59,563 nt of DNA from Acidobacteriota bacterium. Lineage in GTDB: Bacteria; Acidobacteriota; Terriglobia; Acidiferrales; 2-02-FULL-67-57. Both the position numbers and the translations under genes were made by a program. Positions within the stretch are counted from its first letter, which is position 1. Each line of letters begins with the position of its first letter. Below the pieces are notes generated by a model. The model worked only from the letters and a program-made list of their open reading frames with translations, was not told the origin of the DNA and ran no database searches. Of this stretch, positions 8,861 to 16,730 are shown piece after piece. Location of the stretch: contig JACQTJ010000085.1 in NCBI GenBank assembly GCA_016210855.1, forward strand, positions 1-59,563. Direction: 5' to 3'.

Positions 8861-9988
8861 TTACTCAGAGTTGCCGATGCTGCTCGCAGGTCGCGAGCCG
8901 CTGCGCAGCACAGTGTGCGCGAACACAACGGGGAAGATGCTCCAGAGAACCAGGAGCACGAAGCCAGTTGCTTGGCTTTCGAATATCCGGCGAAAAACCG
9001 GAGAGCTTGGCTCTGATGAGAGCAGCCAAAAGGAGAACACTAATGCGCCGAAGCTGGCCAGGGCTCCAAAGGAGATCCGGCGCAGGCTCCGCCGCTCGTG
9101 GGCGTCCTTCAGGCGCTTATATCCCAGGGCCAAAACGACCAATCCTCCGAGAACGTTTGCCATCTCGACCGCTAGCTGGAGTCTGAATGCCCAGGGAGGA
9201 CCTGGAGCGATTGCCTGCGCAGGCATGTAGAACCGGTGGTAGAGGCGGAGGACATTATTCACGATCATCAGAAGCGCGGGCACAAGCAGGACGGGCAGGA
9301 TCCAGCGCCGCCGGAACACCGGCCGGGGATAGAGTGCCGCGAAAATCAGAATCAGATAGCCGCCTAGCAGCGCAGAAAGAGTGAACACTGGCACTTGCAG
9401 CAGGAAGGGCAACTGCCGGAACAGCACCGCGTACCCAACGCCGCCACCCCACGGTCCCAGAAAACGTGCGAACATGAGCAGCAAGACGGCGCCGGCGACT
9501 GCGCCCGGCTCGCGCGGCCGGGCGAGCAACACTACGAGCCCCATCGCGAAATAAAGCAGCCCGAGCGCCGCGCTCAGCGAGTAGTCCAGCCACTGGCTGC
9601 GGTTCCGCATTTGCCACACCCGGCGCTCGGGGAAAAGCAGGGTGAGCTGCATCCGCTCGCTGTTGCGTTCCACAGTGAGGAGGAACGGCTTTCCGGGCTC
9701 GAACTGCCACGTCATCTCAATCTCATCGAAGTCATGAGCAGCGCGAATGGCCTGCCCATCCACCGCGACTACGATGTCCCCGGCGCGCACTCCTGCCTTC
9801 TCCATGGGGCTGCCGGGTGCAACCTCCCGGATTAGGGCCCCGCCTTTAGGGGCATCGGAAATCGCGGCGCCTGGGCGCGCGAATCTCATGCAACTCGTAT
9901 AGATGTCGAAGCCGAATCCGATGAGGAAAGAGGCAGCTAGAAGCCAAGCCCACCACGGAGTGCGCCGCTTCTGGGTGAGTGTCGGCAT
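8861..9988 (-). CDS. PDZ domain-containing multi-pass membrane protein (no recognisable output domain)
   Basis: N-terminal TM helix, a PDZ domain (GALIREVAPGSPMEKAGVRAGDIVVAVDG), then ~7 predicted TM helices. I prefer the ATG at 9988 because the longer ORF (start 10048) would bury a TATAAT box and a 19-bp palindrome. Confidence 0.75.
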   Translation of the reverse strand: MPTLTQKRRTPWWAWLLAASFLIGFGFDIYTSCMRFARPGAAISDAPKGGALIREVAPGSPMEKAGVRAGDIVVAVDGQAIRAAHDFDEIEMTWQFEPGKPFLLTVERNSERMQLTLLFPERRVWQMRNRSQWLDYSLSAALGLLYFAMGLVVLLARPREPGAVAGAVLLLMFARFLGPWGGGVGYAVLFRQLPFLLQVPVFTLSALLGGYLILIFAALYPRPVFRRRWILPVLLVPALLMIVNNVLRLYHRFYMPAQAIAPGPPWAFRLQLAVEMANVLGGLVVLALGYKRLKDAHERRSLRRISFGALASFGALVFSFWLLSSEPSSPVFRRIFESQATGFVLLVLWSIFPVVFAHTVLRSGSRPASSIGNSE

Positions 9989-10003
9989 GGAGGTTGCGGG
10001 ATT

Positions 10004-10022
10004 ATATCGGAATTTCCGATAT
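10004..10022. promoter_or_regulatory. 19-bp perfect AT-rich palindrome overlapping a TATAAT box (candidate operator)
   Basis: ATATCGGAA-T-TTCCGATAT. On the minus strand it overlaps TATAAT, which lies 12 nt upstream of the ATG at 9988. Confidence 0.45.
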
Positions 10023-10070
10023 TGAACCTTCCCTTTGCCGCAAGCCATACACCCACCCCCCCAGCTGTCA

Positions 10071-10180
10071 AGATCAATCCGAGCCCCTGCGTTCCCTGAC
10101 TGTCGTCCCGAGCCTGTCCCGAGCTTGTCCCGAGCGGAGGCGAGGGACGAACCCGAGGGGCGCAGCGAGGAACCTGCTCT
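10071..10180. repeat. hairpin-repeat copy B2
   Basis: ~88% identical to 8171-8270, with one extra ttgtcccgagc sub-unit. It lies between the PDZ gene start and the polX stop. Confidence 0.85.
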
Positions 10181-10183
10181 TGA

Positions 10184-11908
10184 CTAGGTCGGCTGCCGGA
10201 GTGCCTTGAGCAGCTTCTCCACGGGCAGCGTGTTGAGCACGTCTTTCTTTTCCAGCCACGCCCGCCGGGCGGTCTTCACCCCGTACTTCATGTAGGGCAA
10301 ATGGGTGGTGGCGTGGGAGTCGGTGGAGATGACCACTTTCACGCCGCGCTCCCTGGCGGCGCGCAGGTCAACGTCGCGCAGGTCCAGCCGGTCGGGGAAG
10401 GCATTGCACTCGACCGCCGCGCCCTGCTTCCGGCAGGCATCCAGGACCTTCTCGAGGTCGTAGCGGTAAGCCTCCCGGCGCAACAGCAGCCGCCCGGTGG
10501 GGTGGCCGAGAATCTTCAAATGCCGGTTTTCGAGGGCCCGCAGCAGCCGTTCGGTCATCTCCTCGGGCTCGAGGTTCATGTAGGAGTGCACCGAGGCCAC
10601 CACAATGTCGAGTTGGGCCAGGACTTCGTCATCGAGGTCGAGGCGGCCGTCCTTGAGGACATCGACTTCGATGCCGGCGAGAATCCGGAAGCCCTCCAGC
10701 TTCTTGGAAGCCTCGCGGATGCGACGGGCGTGGGCCAGCGTGCGCTTTTCATCCATCCCGTTCGCCACCGTCACGGCCTTGGAGTGGTCGGTGATGGCGA
10801 TGTAGTCGTAGCCGAGCTGGCGGGCGACGGCGGCCATCTCTTCAATCGAATTCTTGCCGTCGCTCTCCTTGGTGTGCATTTGCAGGTCGCCGCGGATGTC
10901 CTTCACGCTGACGAGCTGCGGCAAGCGCCCGGCAGCGGCGGCTTCGCGCAGCTCCGGCTCAATGTAGGTCAGGCCAAGCTTCTGGTAAACCTCCTCTTCG
11001 GTGCGTCCGGCCACCCAGCGGCCGCCCTTGATGGTTTCGAGCCCGTACTCGCTGAGCTTCCAGCCTTTGTCTTTGGCCAGGCCGCGCAGCTCGATGTTGT
11101 GGGGTTTGGAGCCGGTGAAGTAGAGCAGCCCCGCCCCGTAGGATTTTTTCTCCAGGATGCGGACGTCCACCTGCATGCTGTTCGCCAGCTGCATGCTGAC
11201 CTTGTTTTCGCCCCGGGCGATTTTTTCGCCCACCTCCGGGAAGGCCAGGATGTGGTCGCTGACGGCTTCGGAGTCCGAGGCAATGAGCAGCAGGTCGAGG
11301 TCGCCGATGGTCTCCTTCCCGCGGCGCAGGGAGCCCGCGGCCGTGACCTTCTCGACTTTCTTGCCCAACTTCTCGATGTAGCCGATGAGCTTGGCTGCCG
11401 TCTCATCGGCCTGGTGCTGGAGGAAGCGCCCGGCCAGCTGCTGGTAGGCGGCCACGGCCTTGAGGATGTTCTGCTCGGTCTTTTCCCCAAACCCCGGCAG
11501 GTCGCGCAGCTTCTGCTGTTCAGCCAGTCGGCCCACGTCGGCTACGGCTTTGACCTTGAACTTCTTCCACAGCAATCCAACTTTCTTCGGCCCGAGTCCC
11601 TGCACTTGCAGCATCTCCAGGATTCCCGACGGGTATTTCTTCAGCAGCTTCTGGTGCTTTGCATACTTGCCGGTCTCGAGGATTTCGCGGATGTGCTCTT
11701 CCATCCGCTCCCCGATGCCGGGGATTTCCTGCAACCGCCCTTCCGCCGCCACTTGGGCGACGGGCTCCGAGAGCGCCTCCATCTGCTGGGCGGCCTTCTC
11801 GTAGCTGCGGTAGCGGCCGATCTGGGCGCCGTCCACTTCCAGTAATTGCGCCGTCTCCCGCAGAATCCGGGCTACGTCCCGGTTGCTCAGCAGTTCTTTT
11901 CCGGGCAT
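10184..11908 (-). CDS. polX: DNA polymerase/3'-5' exonuclease PolX (family X polymerase plus PHP domain)
   Basis: N-terminal Pol-beta-like HhH region (GIGERMEEHI, GLGPKK), nucleotidyltransferase motif (GSLRRGKETIGDLDLL) and a C-terminal PHP domain (HTKESDG...DHS...STDSH). Confidence 0.95.
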   Translation of the reverse strand: MPGKELLSNRDVARILRETAQLLEVDGAQIGRYRSYEKAAQQMEALSEPVAQVAAEGRLQEIPGIGERMEEHIREILETGKYAKHQKLLKKYPSGILEMLQVQGLGPKKVGLLWKKFKVKAVADVGRLAEQQKLRDLPGFGEKTEQNILKAVAAYQQLAGRFLQHQADETAAKLIGYIEKLGKKVEKVTAAGSLRRGKETIGDLDLLLIASDSEAVSDHILAFPEVGEKIARGENKVSMQLANSMQVDVRILEKKSYGAGLLYFTGSKPHNIELRGLAKDKGWKLSEYGLETIKGGRWVAGRTEEEVYQKLGLTYIEPELREAAAAGRLPQLVSVKDIRGDLQMHTKESDGKNSIEEMAAVARQLGYDYIAITDHSKAVTVANGMDEKRTLAHARRIREASKKLEGFRILAGIEVDVLKDGRLDLDDEVLAQLDIVVASVHSYMNLEPEEMTERLLRALENRHLKILGHPTGRLLLRREAYRYDLEKVLDACRKQGAAVECNAFPDRLDLRDVDLRAARERGVKVVISTDSHATTHLPYMKYGVKTARRAWLEKKDVLNTLPVEKLLKALRQPT

Positions 11909-11934
11909 GCCGGAATTCTACTCTGGTGGGAGGG

Positions 11935-11968
11935 CAAAAGAAAAAGCCTCGCCCGGCGAGAGCGAGGC
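11935..11968 (-). terminator. intrinsic terminator of the csp gene
   Basis: Minus strand reads GCCTCGC-tctcgccgg-GCGAGGC followed by TTTTTCTTTTG, 27 nt after the csp stop codon. Confidence 0.75.
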
Positions 11969-11994
11969 GCTAGGAATGTCGCGGCAGGCTCGGT

Positions 11995-12201
11995 TTACGA
12001 GAGCTTTACGACGTTCGCGGCCTGGGGGCCCTTCTGCCCCTGCACGATCTCAAACTCCACCAGGTCGCCTTCTTGCAAGCTGCGGAAGCCATCGGCCACG
12101 ATGGCGCTGTAGTGGACGAACACGTCCGCTCCATCATCGCGTCCGATGAAGCCGTACCCCTTGGTGTTGTTGAACCACTTCACTCGACCTTGAGCTTTCA
12201 A
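11995..12201 (-). CDS. csp: cold-shock protein (CspA family)
   Basis: RNP1 KGYGFI and RNP2 VFVHY motifs. TTG start at 12201 is preceded by GGAGGAAAGG, giving a 68-aa product; the 110-aa track ORF is an over-extension. Confidence 0.93.
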   Translation of the reverse strand: MKAQGRVKWFNNTKGYGFIGRDDGADVFVHYSAIVADGFRSLQEGDLVEFEIVQGQKGPQAANVVKLS

Positions 12202-12257
12202 CGGCCTTTCCTCCTTCTGCTCCAAGTTCACCTGCCCGGGGTTCCGCCCTCCGGATA

Positions 12258-12285
12258 AGAAAAAAGGCCAGCGCTCTTGCTGGCC
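12258..12285 (-). terminator. terminator-like hairpin inside the csp 5' leader (candidate attenuator)
   Basis: Minus strand reads GGCCAGC-aagagc-GCTGGCC followed by TTTTTTCTT. It lies between the predicted csp promoter and the csp RBS. Confidence 0.5.
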
Positions 12286-12344
12286 GGTTCTTTCCTTCAC
12301 CTGCCCATTCAGGTTCGCGAGCAGCACCCAACAAACAGCGGCGT

Positions 12345-12372
12345 ATTATACGTGCCGGGTCAAAGGTGTCAA
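12345..12372 (-). promoter_or_regulatory. sigma70-type promoter of csp
   Basis: Minus strand reads TTGACA (12372-12367), a 16-nt spacer, then TATAAT (12350-12345). This predicts a ~135-nt leader. Confidence 0.6.
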
Positions 12373-12380
12373 GCAGATTC

Positions 12381-12857
12381 CTACCCCTGCGGACGGGACA
12401 GCCGCAACAGGGCCACGATCAGGATCGCATAATAGACCCCCACCAGCGCCGTCCCCAACACCGCCGTCCGCAGCGCTTCTCGCCGGCCCCACACCTCCCG
12501 CTTGAAGGCGCGGCCGCTCGCCCCCATCAGGGCGATGCCCGCCACCAGGATGACCCCGCTCAGGAATTCGGCCGGGAAGGCAACCCGCTGTTCCCTCACC
12601 GCCTGTGCCAGCGCCCGCAACCCCATCAGTGACGTCCCGGACAGCAGCGTCAACACGATCCACACCAGCGGGGTCACAAAACTCATCACGTAGGCCCATT
12701 CTTCCAGCCCGTAGTAGAGCAGCAGCAGGATGACCAGGTACATGAGCGACTCGAGGAAGTGCACGGTGAAAAAGAACCGGTCGTAGTTGCTCACCAGGAA
12801 GAAAAGCAACATCATCACCGTGGCGAGGATGAACACGCTTCGGTTTGCCATTGCCAC
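12381..12857 (-). CDS. hypothetical integral membrane protein
   Basis: 158 aa with 4-5 hydrophobic helices and good coding bias. I recognise no family. Confidence 0.65.
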   Translation of the reverse strand: MAMANRSVFILATVMMLLFFLVSNYDRFFFTVHFLESLMYLVILLLLYYGLEEWAYVMSFVTPLVWIVLTLLSGTSLMGLRALAQAVREQRVAFPAEFLSGVILVAGIALMGASGRAFKREVWGRREALRTAVLGTALVGVYYAILIVALLRLSRPQG

Positions 12858-12921
12858 CTCGGCGTTCCGGAACTGCTTGCCGGAGTTAACGCTGAATCCG
12901 GAGAGAAGTCAAGTCTGCGCT

Positions 12922-13491
12922 CTACCCCCGTCCCGGGCCGCGGCCGAGCAGAACCCCCACCAGCGTCTTTGCGTCCCGCAACTGGCCGCGACGAATCATC
13001 CGCTCAAGCTGGCTCCGCGTGAAGGCCCGCGTCTCGAGCGACTCATCGGCTTCCGGGCAGGCCCGGCCCCGCCGCAGGTCGGTGGCCCGGTAGAGAATCA
13101 TCTTTTCGCTCACGAACCCCGGGGTGGGATAGAAGTTGAGCAAGCGCCGTAGGCGCCCCGCCCGGTAGCCGGTCTCTTCCTCAAGTTCGCGGTGCGCGGC
13201 TGCCCGCGGGTTCTCGCCGGGCTCGATGCCGCCGGCCACCAGTTCCCAGAGGAAGTCTCCCACCGCGTGACGGTACTGGCGCACCAGCAGAACCCGCCCG
13301 TCGGAGAAGACCGGCAGCACCACCACCGAGCCGTGGTGCTCAACGATTTCGCGCACTGCTCGCAGCTGCGGCCTGCGACTTCCGGGCAGCGCCGGCTCCT
13401 CGACCACGTCCTGCCGCACCCGGAACACCCGGCCGCGAAAAACCACTCGGCTCTCTTTCACGCGGGCTTCTCTCCGGGAGGCGGCTTTCAT
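12922..13491 (-). CDS. NUDIX hydrolase (ADP-ribose pyrophosphatase-like)
   Basis: Nudix box GGIEPGENPRAAAHRELEEETGY. Start taken at ATG 13491 (MKAASRRE...), which has TATAGT 7 nt upstream; the track ORF extends to 13593. Confidence 0.82.
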   Translation of the reverse strand: MKAASRREARVKESRVVFRGRVFRVRQDVVEEPALPGSRRPQLRAVREIVEHHGSVVVLPVFSDGRVLLVRQYRHAVGDFLWELVAGGIEPGENPRAAAHRELEEETGYRAGRLRRLLNFYPTPGFVSEKMILYRATDLRRGRACPEADESLETRAFTRSQLERMIRRGQLRDAKTLVGVLLGRGPGRG

Positions 13492-13524
13492 GGCCGGCAC
13501 TATACCACGCGCCCCGGCCGCCGG

Positions 13525-13554
13525 TTGACGCCTGCGCCCGGCCCTCACTATACT
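13525..13554 (+). promoter_or_regulatory. candidate promoter of the LytTR regulator gene
   Basis: TTGACG (13525-13530), an 18-nt spacer, then TATACT (13549-13554), 25 nt upstream of the GTG start. Confidence 0.45.
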
Positions 13555-13579
13555 GGTTGCTTTCCGAGAGGCCACTTCC

Positions 13580-14356
13580 GTGCCCGCTGCCATTTCGGCG
13601 CTGATTGTGGACGATGAGAAGCCCGCCCGGGAGGAGCTCGCCTACCTGCTCAAAGGCATCCCCGACGTCAACGTTATCGGCCAGGCCCGCAACGGCCTGG
13701 AAGCGGTCAACCTCATCAAGGAAAAGTCCCCGGACCTGGTCTTCCTGGACGTGCAGATGCCCGGCCTGGACGGCTTCGGCGTGCTGAAGAAGCTGGTGGA
13801 CAAGAAGGTGAAGCTGCCCCAAATTGTCTTCGCCACCGCCTACGACCACTACGCCGTGCAGGCCTTCGAAGTCCACGCCGTGGACTACCTGCTCAAGCCC
13901 TTCGACAAAGCCCGGGTCAGCAAGTCCATCAGCCGTGCCCGCAAGCTCTTGGAGTCGCAGCCGCCCGTCGGCGAGCGCCTGGAAAGCCTGCTCGACCACA
14001 TCGGCCTCCGCACCGGCCGGCCCGCCAAGCTTCTGCTCAATACCAACCAGCGCCTGCTGCTCGTCGACGCCGACGACATGGTCTATGCCACCATCGAAGA
14101 CGGCCTCATCACCCTGGTCACCCGCGAGCTCGAAGGCACCTCCAACTACCGCACCCTGGAAGATCTGCAGGGCAGCCTGGACGCCAACCAGTTCTGGCGC
14201 GCCCACCGCAGCTACCTGGTCAACATCAATCACATCAAGGAAGTGGTCCCCTGGTTCAAGTCTAGTTACCAGCTGCGCATGGACGACCGGCGCGGGAGCG
14301 AGGTCCCCGTCAGTCGCGCCCAGACCCGTCGCCTGCGCGAACTCCTCAAGCTCTAG
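13580..14356 (+). CDS. LytR/AlgR-family response regulator (receiver plus LytTR DNA-binding domain)
   Basis: Receiver motifs (LIVDDE, DLVFLDVQMPGLDG, ATAYD) and a C-terminal LytTR domain (FWRAHRSYLVNINHI). Confidence 0.92.
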   Translation: MPAAISALIVDDEKPAREELAYLLKGIPDVNVIGQARNGLEAVNLIKEKSPDLVFLDVQMPGLDGFGVLKKLVDKKVKLPQIVFATAYDHYAVQAFEVHAVDYLLKPFDKARVSKSISRARKLLESQPPVGERLESLLDHIGLRTGRPAKLLLNTNQRLLLVDADDMVYATIEDGLITLVTRELEGTSNYRTLEDLQGSLDANQFWRAHRSYLVNINHIKEVVPWFKSSYQLRMDDRRGSEVPVSRAQTRRLRELLKL

Positions 14357-14483
14357 CTCCTCGTCGCCAGCCTTGATAGAATGCGGCCGAGGAGTGTCCT
14401 CCCGGCCCGTCCACGGGGGGGAGTGCGGGGTTCGTGGACAGGGGCGCGGGCCGAAGCCGGTTTTGTCTGCGCGCACGACGGTG

Positions 14484-15743
14484 ATGGCTTTTCCCAAACG
14501 CATTCTCGGCATCGTGATGGCCGGAGGGCGCGGCGAGCGCCTCGACCCTCTAACCCGTCACCGCTCCAAGCCCGCCATCCCCTTCGGCGGCCGCTACCGC
14601 ATCATTGACTTCGTCCTCAGCAACCTGGTCAACTCCGGCATTCACGCCATCTACGTCCTGACCCAGTACAAAGCCCAGTCGGTCCTTGAGCACATCCAGC
14701 GCGGCTGGATGGGGCGGGTCTCGGGCCGCGATAGCTTCATCCACGTGGTCCCTGCCCAGATGCAGCTCGGCGCCGGCTGGTATCGCGGCACCGCCGATGC
14801 CGTCTACCAGAACATGAACCTGGTCCACCAGTTCGACCCTGACGTGGTGGTGGTCTTCGGCGCCGACCATATCTACAAGATGAACATCCGCCAGATGGTC
14901 GAACACCACCTGGAGGTGGGAGCCAAGGCCACCGTGGCCTGCCTGCCCGTGCCCCGCACCCAGGCCTCCGCGCTCGGCATCGTGGCCGTCGATGAGCGCA
15001 ACCGTATCCTGGAGTTCCTGGAGAAGCCCGGCGAGCCGCCCGGCCTGCCCGCCCAACCCGACCACTCCCTGGCTTCCATGGGGAACTACGTGTTCGACCC
15101 CCCTACCCTGATGGAGGCCCTTCGGGCCGACGCCGCCGATCCTGATTCCAGCCACGATTTCGGCCAGGACGCCCTGCCGGCCCTGACCCGCGCCAGCCTG
15201 GCCTATGCCTATGACTTCAGCCAGAACCGCATCCCGGGCAGCTTCCTCAAGGAGGAGCTCGCCTATTGGCGCGACGTCGGCACCATCGAGGCCTACTACG
15301 AGGCCAACCTCGACCTGAAGAACGTCCAGCCCCAGCTCAACCTCTTCAACTGGAAGTGGCCCATCATGACCGCCAGCTTCAACGATCCGCCGGCCAAGTT
15401 CGTCTTCGACGAAGCCGGCCGCCGCGGCGAGGCCGTGCAGTCCGTCGTCTCCCCCGGCTGCATCCTGGCCGGCGGCTATGTCAAGGACTCGGTCCTCGGC
15501 CGCAACGTGTTCCTCGACGCCGGCTGTGAGGTGCACGACTCCATCGTGCTCGACAACGTCTACATTGGCCCCGGCTCCTGCATCCGGCGCACCATCATCG
15601 ATAAAAACGTGCACGTCGAAGCCGGCACCCTCGTCGGCTACGACCTCGAGGCCGATCGCCAGCGCCACCACATCTCCGAGACCGGCATCGTCGTTATCCC
15701 CAAGGCCGAGGACACACCGGAAACCCGCGAGCGCAACCTGTAG
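14484..15743 (+). CDS. glgC: glucose-1-phosphate adenylyltransferase
   Basis: GGRGERLDPLTRHRSKPAIPFGGRYRIIDFVLSN signature and a C-terminal left-handed beta-helix region. ATG at 14484; the track ORF from 13824 is an over-extension. Confidence 0.95.
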   Translation: MAFPKRILGIVMAGGRGERLDPLTRHRSKPAIPFGGRYRIIDFVLSNLVNSGIHAIYVLTQYKAQSVLEHIQRGWMGRVSGRDSFIHVVPAQMQLGAGWYRGTADAVYQNMNLVHQFDPDVVVVFGADHIYKMNIRQMVEHHLEVGAKATVACLPVPRTQASALGIVAVDERNRILEFLEKPGEPPGLPAQPDHSLASMGNYVFDPPTLMEALRADAADPDSSHDFGQDALPALTRASLAYAYDFSQNRIPGSFLKEELAYWRDVGTIEAYYEANLDLKNVQPQLNLFNWKWPIMTASFNDPPAKFVFDEAGRRGEAVQSVVSPGCILAGGYVKDSVLGRNVFLDAGCEVHDSIVLDNVYIGPGSCIRRTIIDKNVHVEAGTLVGYDLEADRQRHHISETGIVVIPKAEDTPETRERNL

Positions 15744-15761
15744 GCGCACGGTCTCGAAGTT

Positions 15762-15821
15762 GGATTCTTGTCATTCTGAGCGAACTTGTCCTGAGCGAAG
15801 TCGAAGGAGCGAAGAATCTCC
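15762..15821. repeat. hairpin-repeat copy
   Basis: ggattcttgtcATTCTgagcgaacttgtcctgagcgaagtcgaaggagcgaAGAATctcc, located between glgC and the next gene. Confidence 0.8.
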
Positions 15822-15839
15822 ACCCTGGGAGAGTGGGTT

Positions 15840-16718
15840 ATGAGGCCAATGCCAGCAGCCCTGATTCTTTTGACAGGAGCACTCGTCATCGCCGCGACTC
15901 CAGCGGCCCCCCCAGAACCCTCCCACTTCGATTCTGCCTGGGCTCGCGACTCACTCTGGGACGACGGCCAGGCCGAAGTCGCCCTCTACGCCGCCCGCCG
16001 GCCCCAGTACGGCAAGATCGAAGCCTACGAAGCGGTTTTCATCGTGGTGAAGGAAGACTTCAGCCCGCAGCTCTACGTCAAGGCCGACCCGCCCTACGAA
16101 GGAAAATCTTTCTTGCCCGTCCTCAAGCTCAACGCCGTCCACAGCTACTGGACTGCGAACTACCCCTACCACTTCCTCGCCAGCGTCTTCGTCCGCCGCG
16201 ACGCCCCGGCCGCCCTGGTCAAGCTCACCGTCGGCAGCCAGGAGTGGTGCGGCAACACCTTCAAGGAAGTGAGGACCTGGGGCGGCCGGCCGGAGCTCGT
16301 CGCCCACACCTACTTCGACGGCGAAGGCGACTCCGTTCGCCGGCTCGACCTCCGCCCCGGCGACCTCCTCGAAGACCAGCTGCCCCTCGCTCTGCGCAGC
16401 CTCCGCTTCCAGCCCGGCCTGCGTCTGGAACGGCGCGTCTTCCCTAGCCTGATCTCGAACAACCTCCGCCGCCCGTTCGAGCCGCTCAACGCTGCCATCG
16501 AGGTGGTCGGCGAGGAAGCTGTCTCCACTCCGGCCGGCCGCCTCCCGGCCTGGAAGATCACTGTTCAATTGGGTGAGCTGCAGCAGACCTGGTGGTTCGA
16601 GAAAGCCGCGCCGCACGCCCTGCTCAAGATGGAGTCGTCCGATGGCCGCGCCTGGCAGCTCAAGGCCCGCACCCGCAAGCCCTACTGGCAGGCCGTCACC
16701 TATCGCCCCGAAATGTAG
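15840..16718 (+). CDS. hypothetical exported protein
   Basis: 292 aa with a signal peptide (MRPMPAALILLTGALVIAATPAAP) and good coding bias. I recognise no family. Confidence 0.65.
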   Translation: MRPMPAALILLTGALVIAATPAAPPEPSHFDSAWARDSLWDDGQAEVALYAARRPQYGKIEAYEAVFIVVKEDFSPQLYVKADPPYEGKSFLPVLKLNAVHSYWTANYPYHFLASVFVRRDAPAALVKLTVGSQEWCGNTFKEVRTWGGRPELVAHTYFDGEGDSVRRLDLRPGDLLEDQLPLALRSLRFQPGLRLERRVFPSLISNNLRRPFEPLNAAIEVVGEEAVSTPAGRLPAWKITVQLGELQQTWWFEKAAPHALLKMESSDGRAWQLKARTRKPYWQAVTYRPEM

Positions 16719-16730
16719 ACCCCGGTTTTC

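Noticed and set aside
13824-15743. 639-aa ORF giving glgC a 220-aa N-terminal extension. Similar extensions occur for mutS (to 33852), hemD (to 17777), the ccsA-like gene (to 20802), pssA (from 35770) and csp (to 12327).
   Set aside because: The extensions overlap neighbouring genes, are low-complexity, and internal starts give canonical N-termini with an RBS or start/stop overlap coupling.
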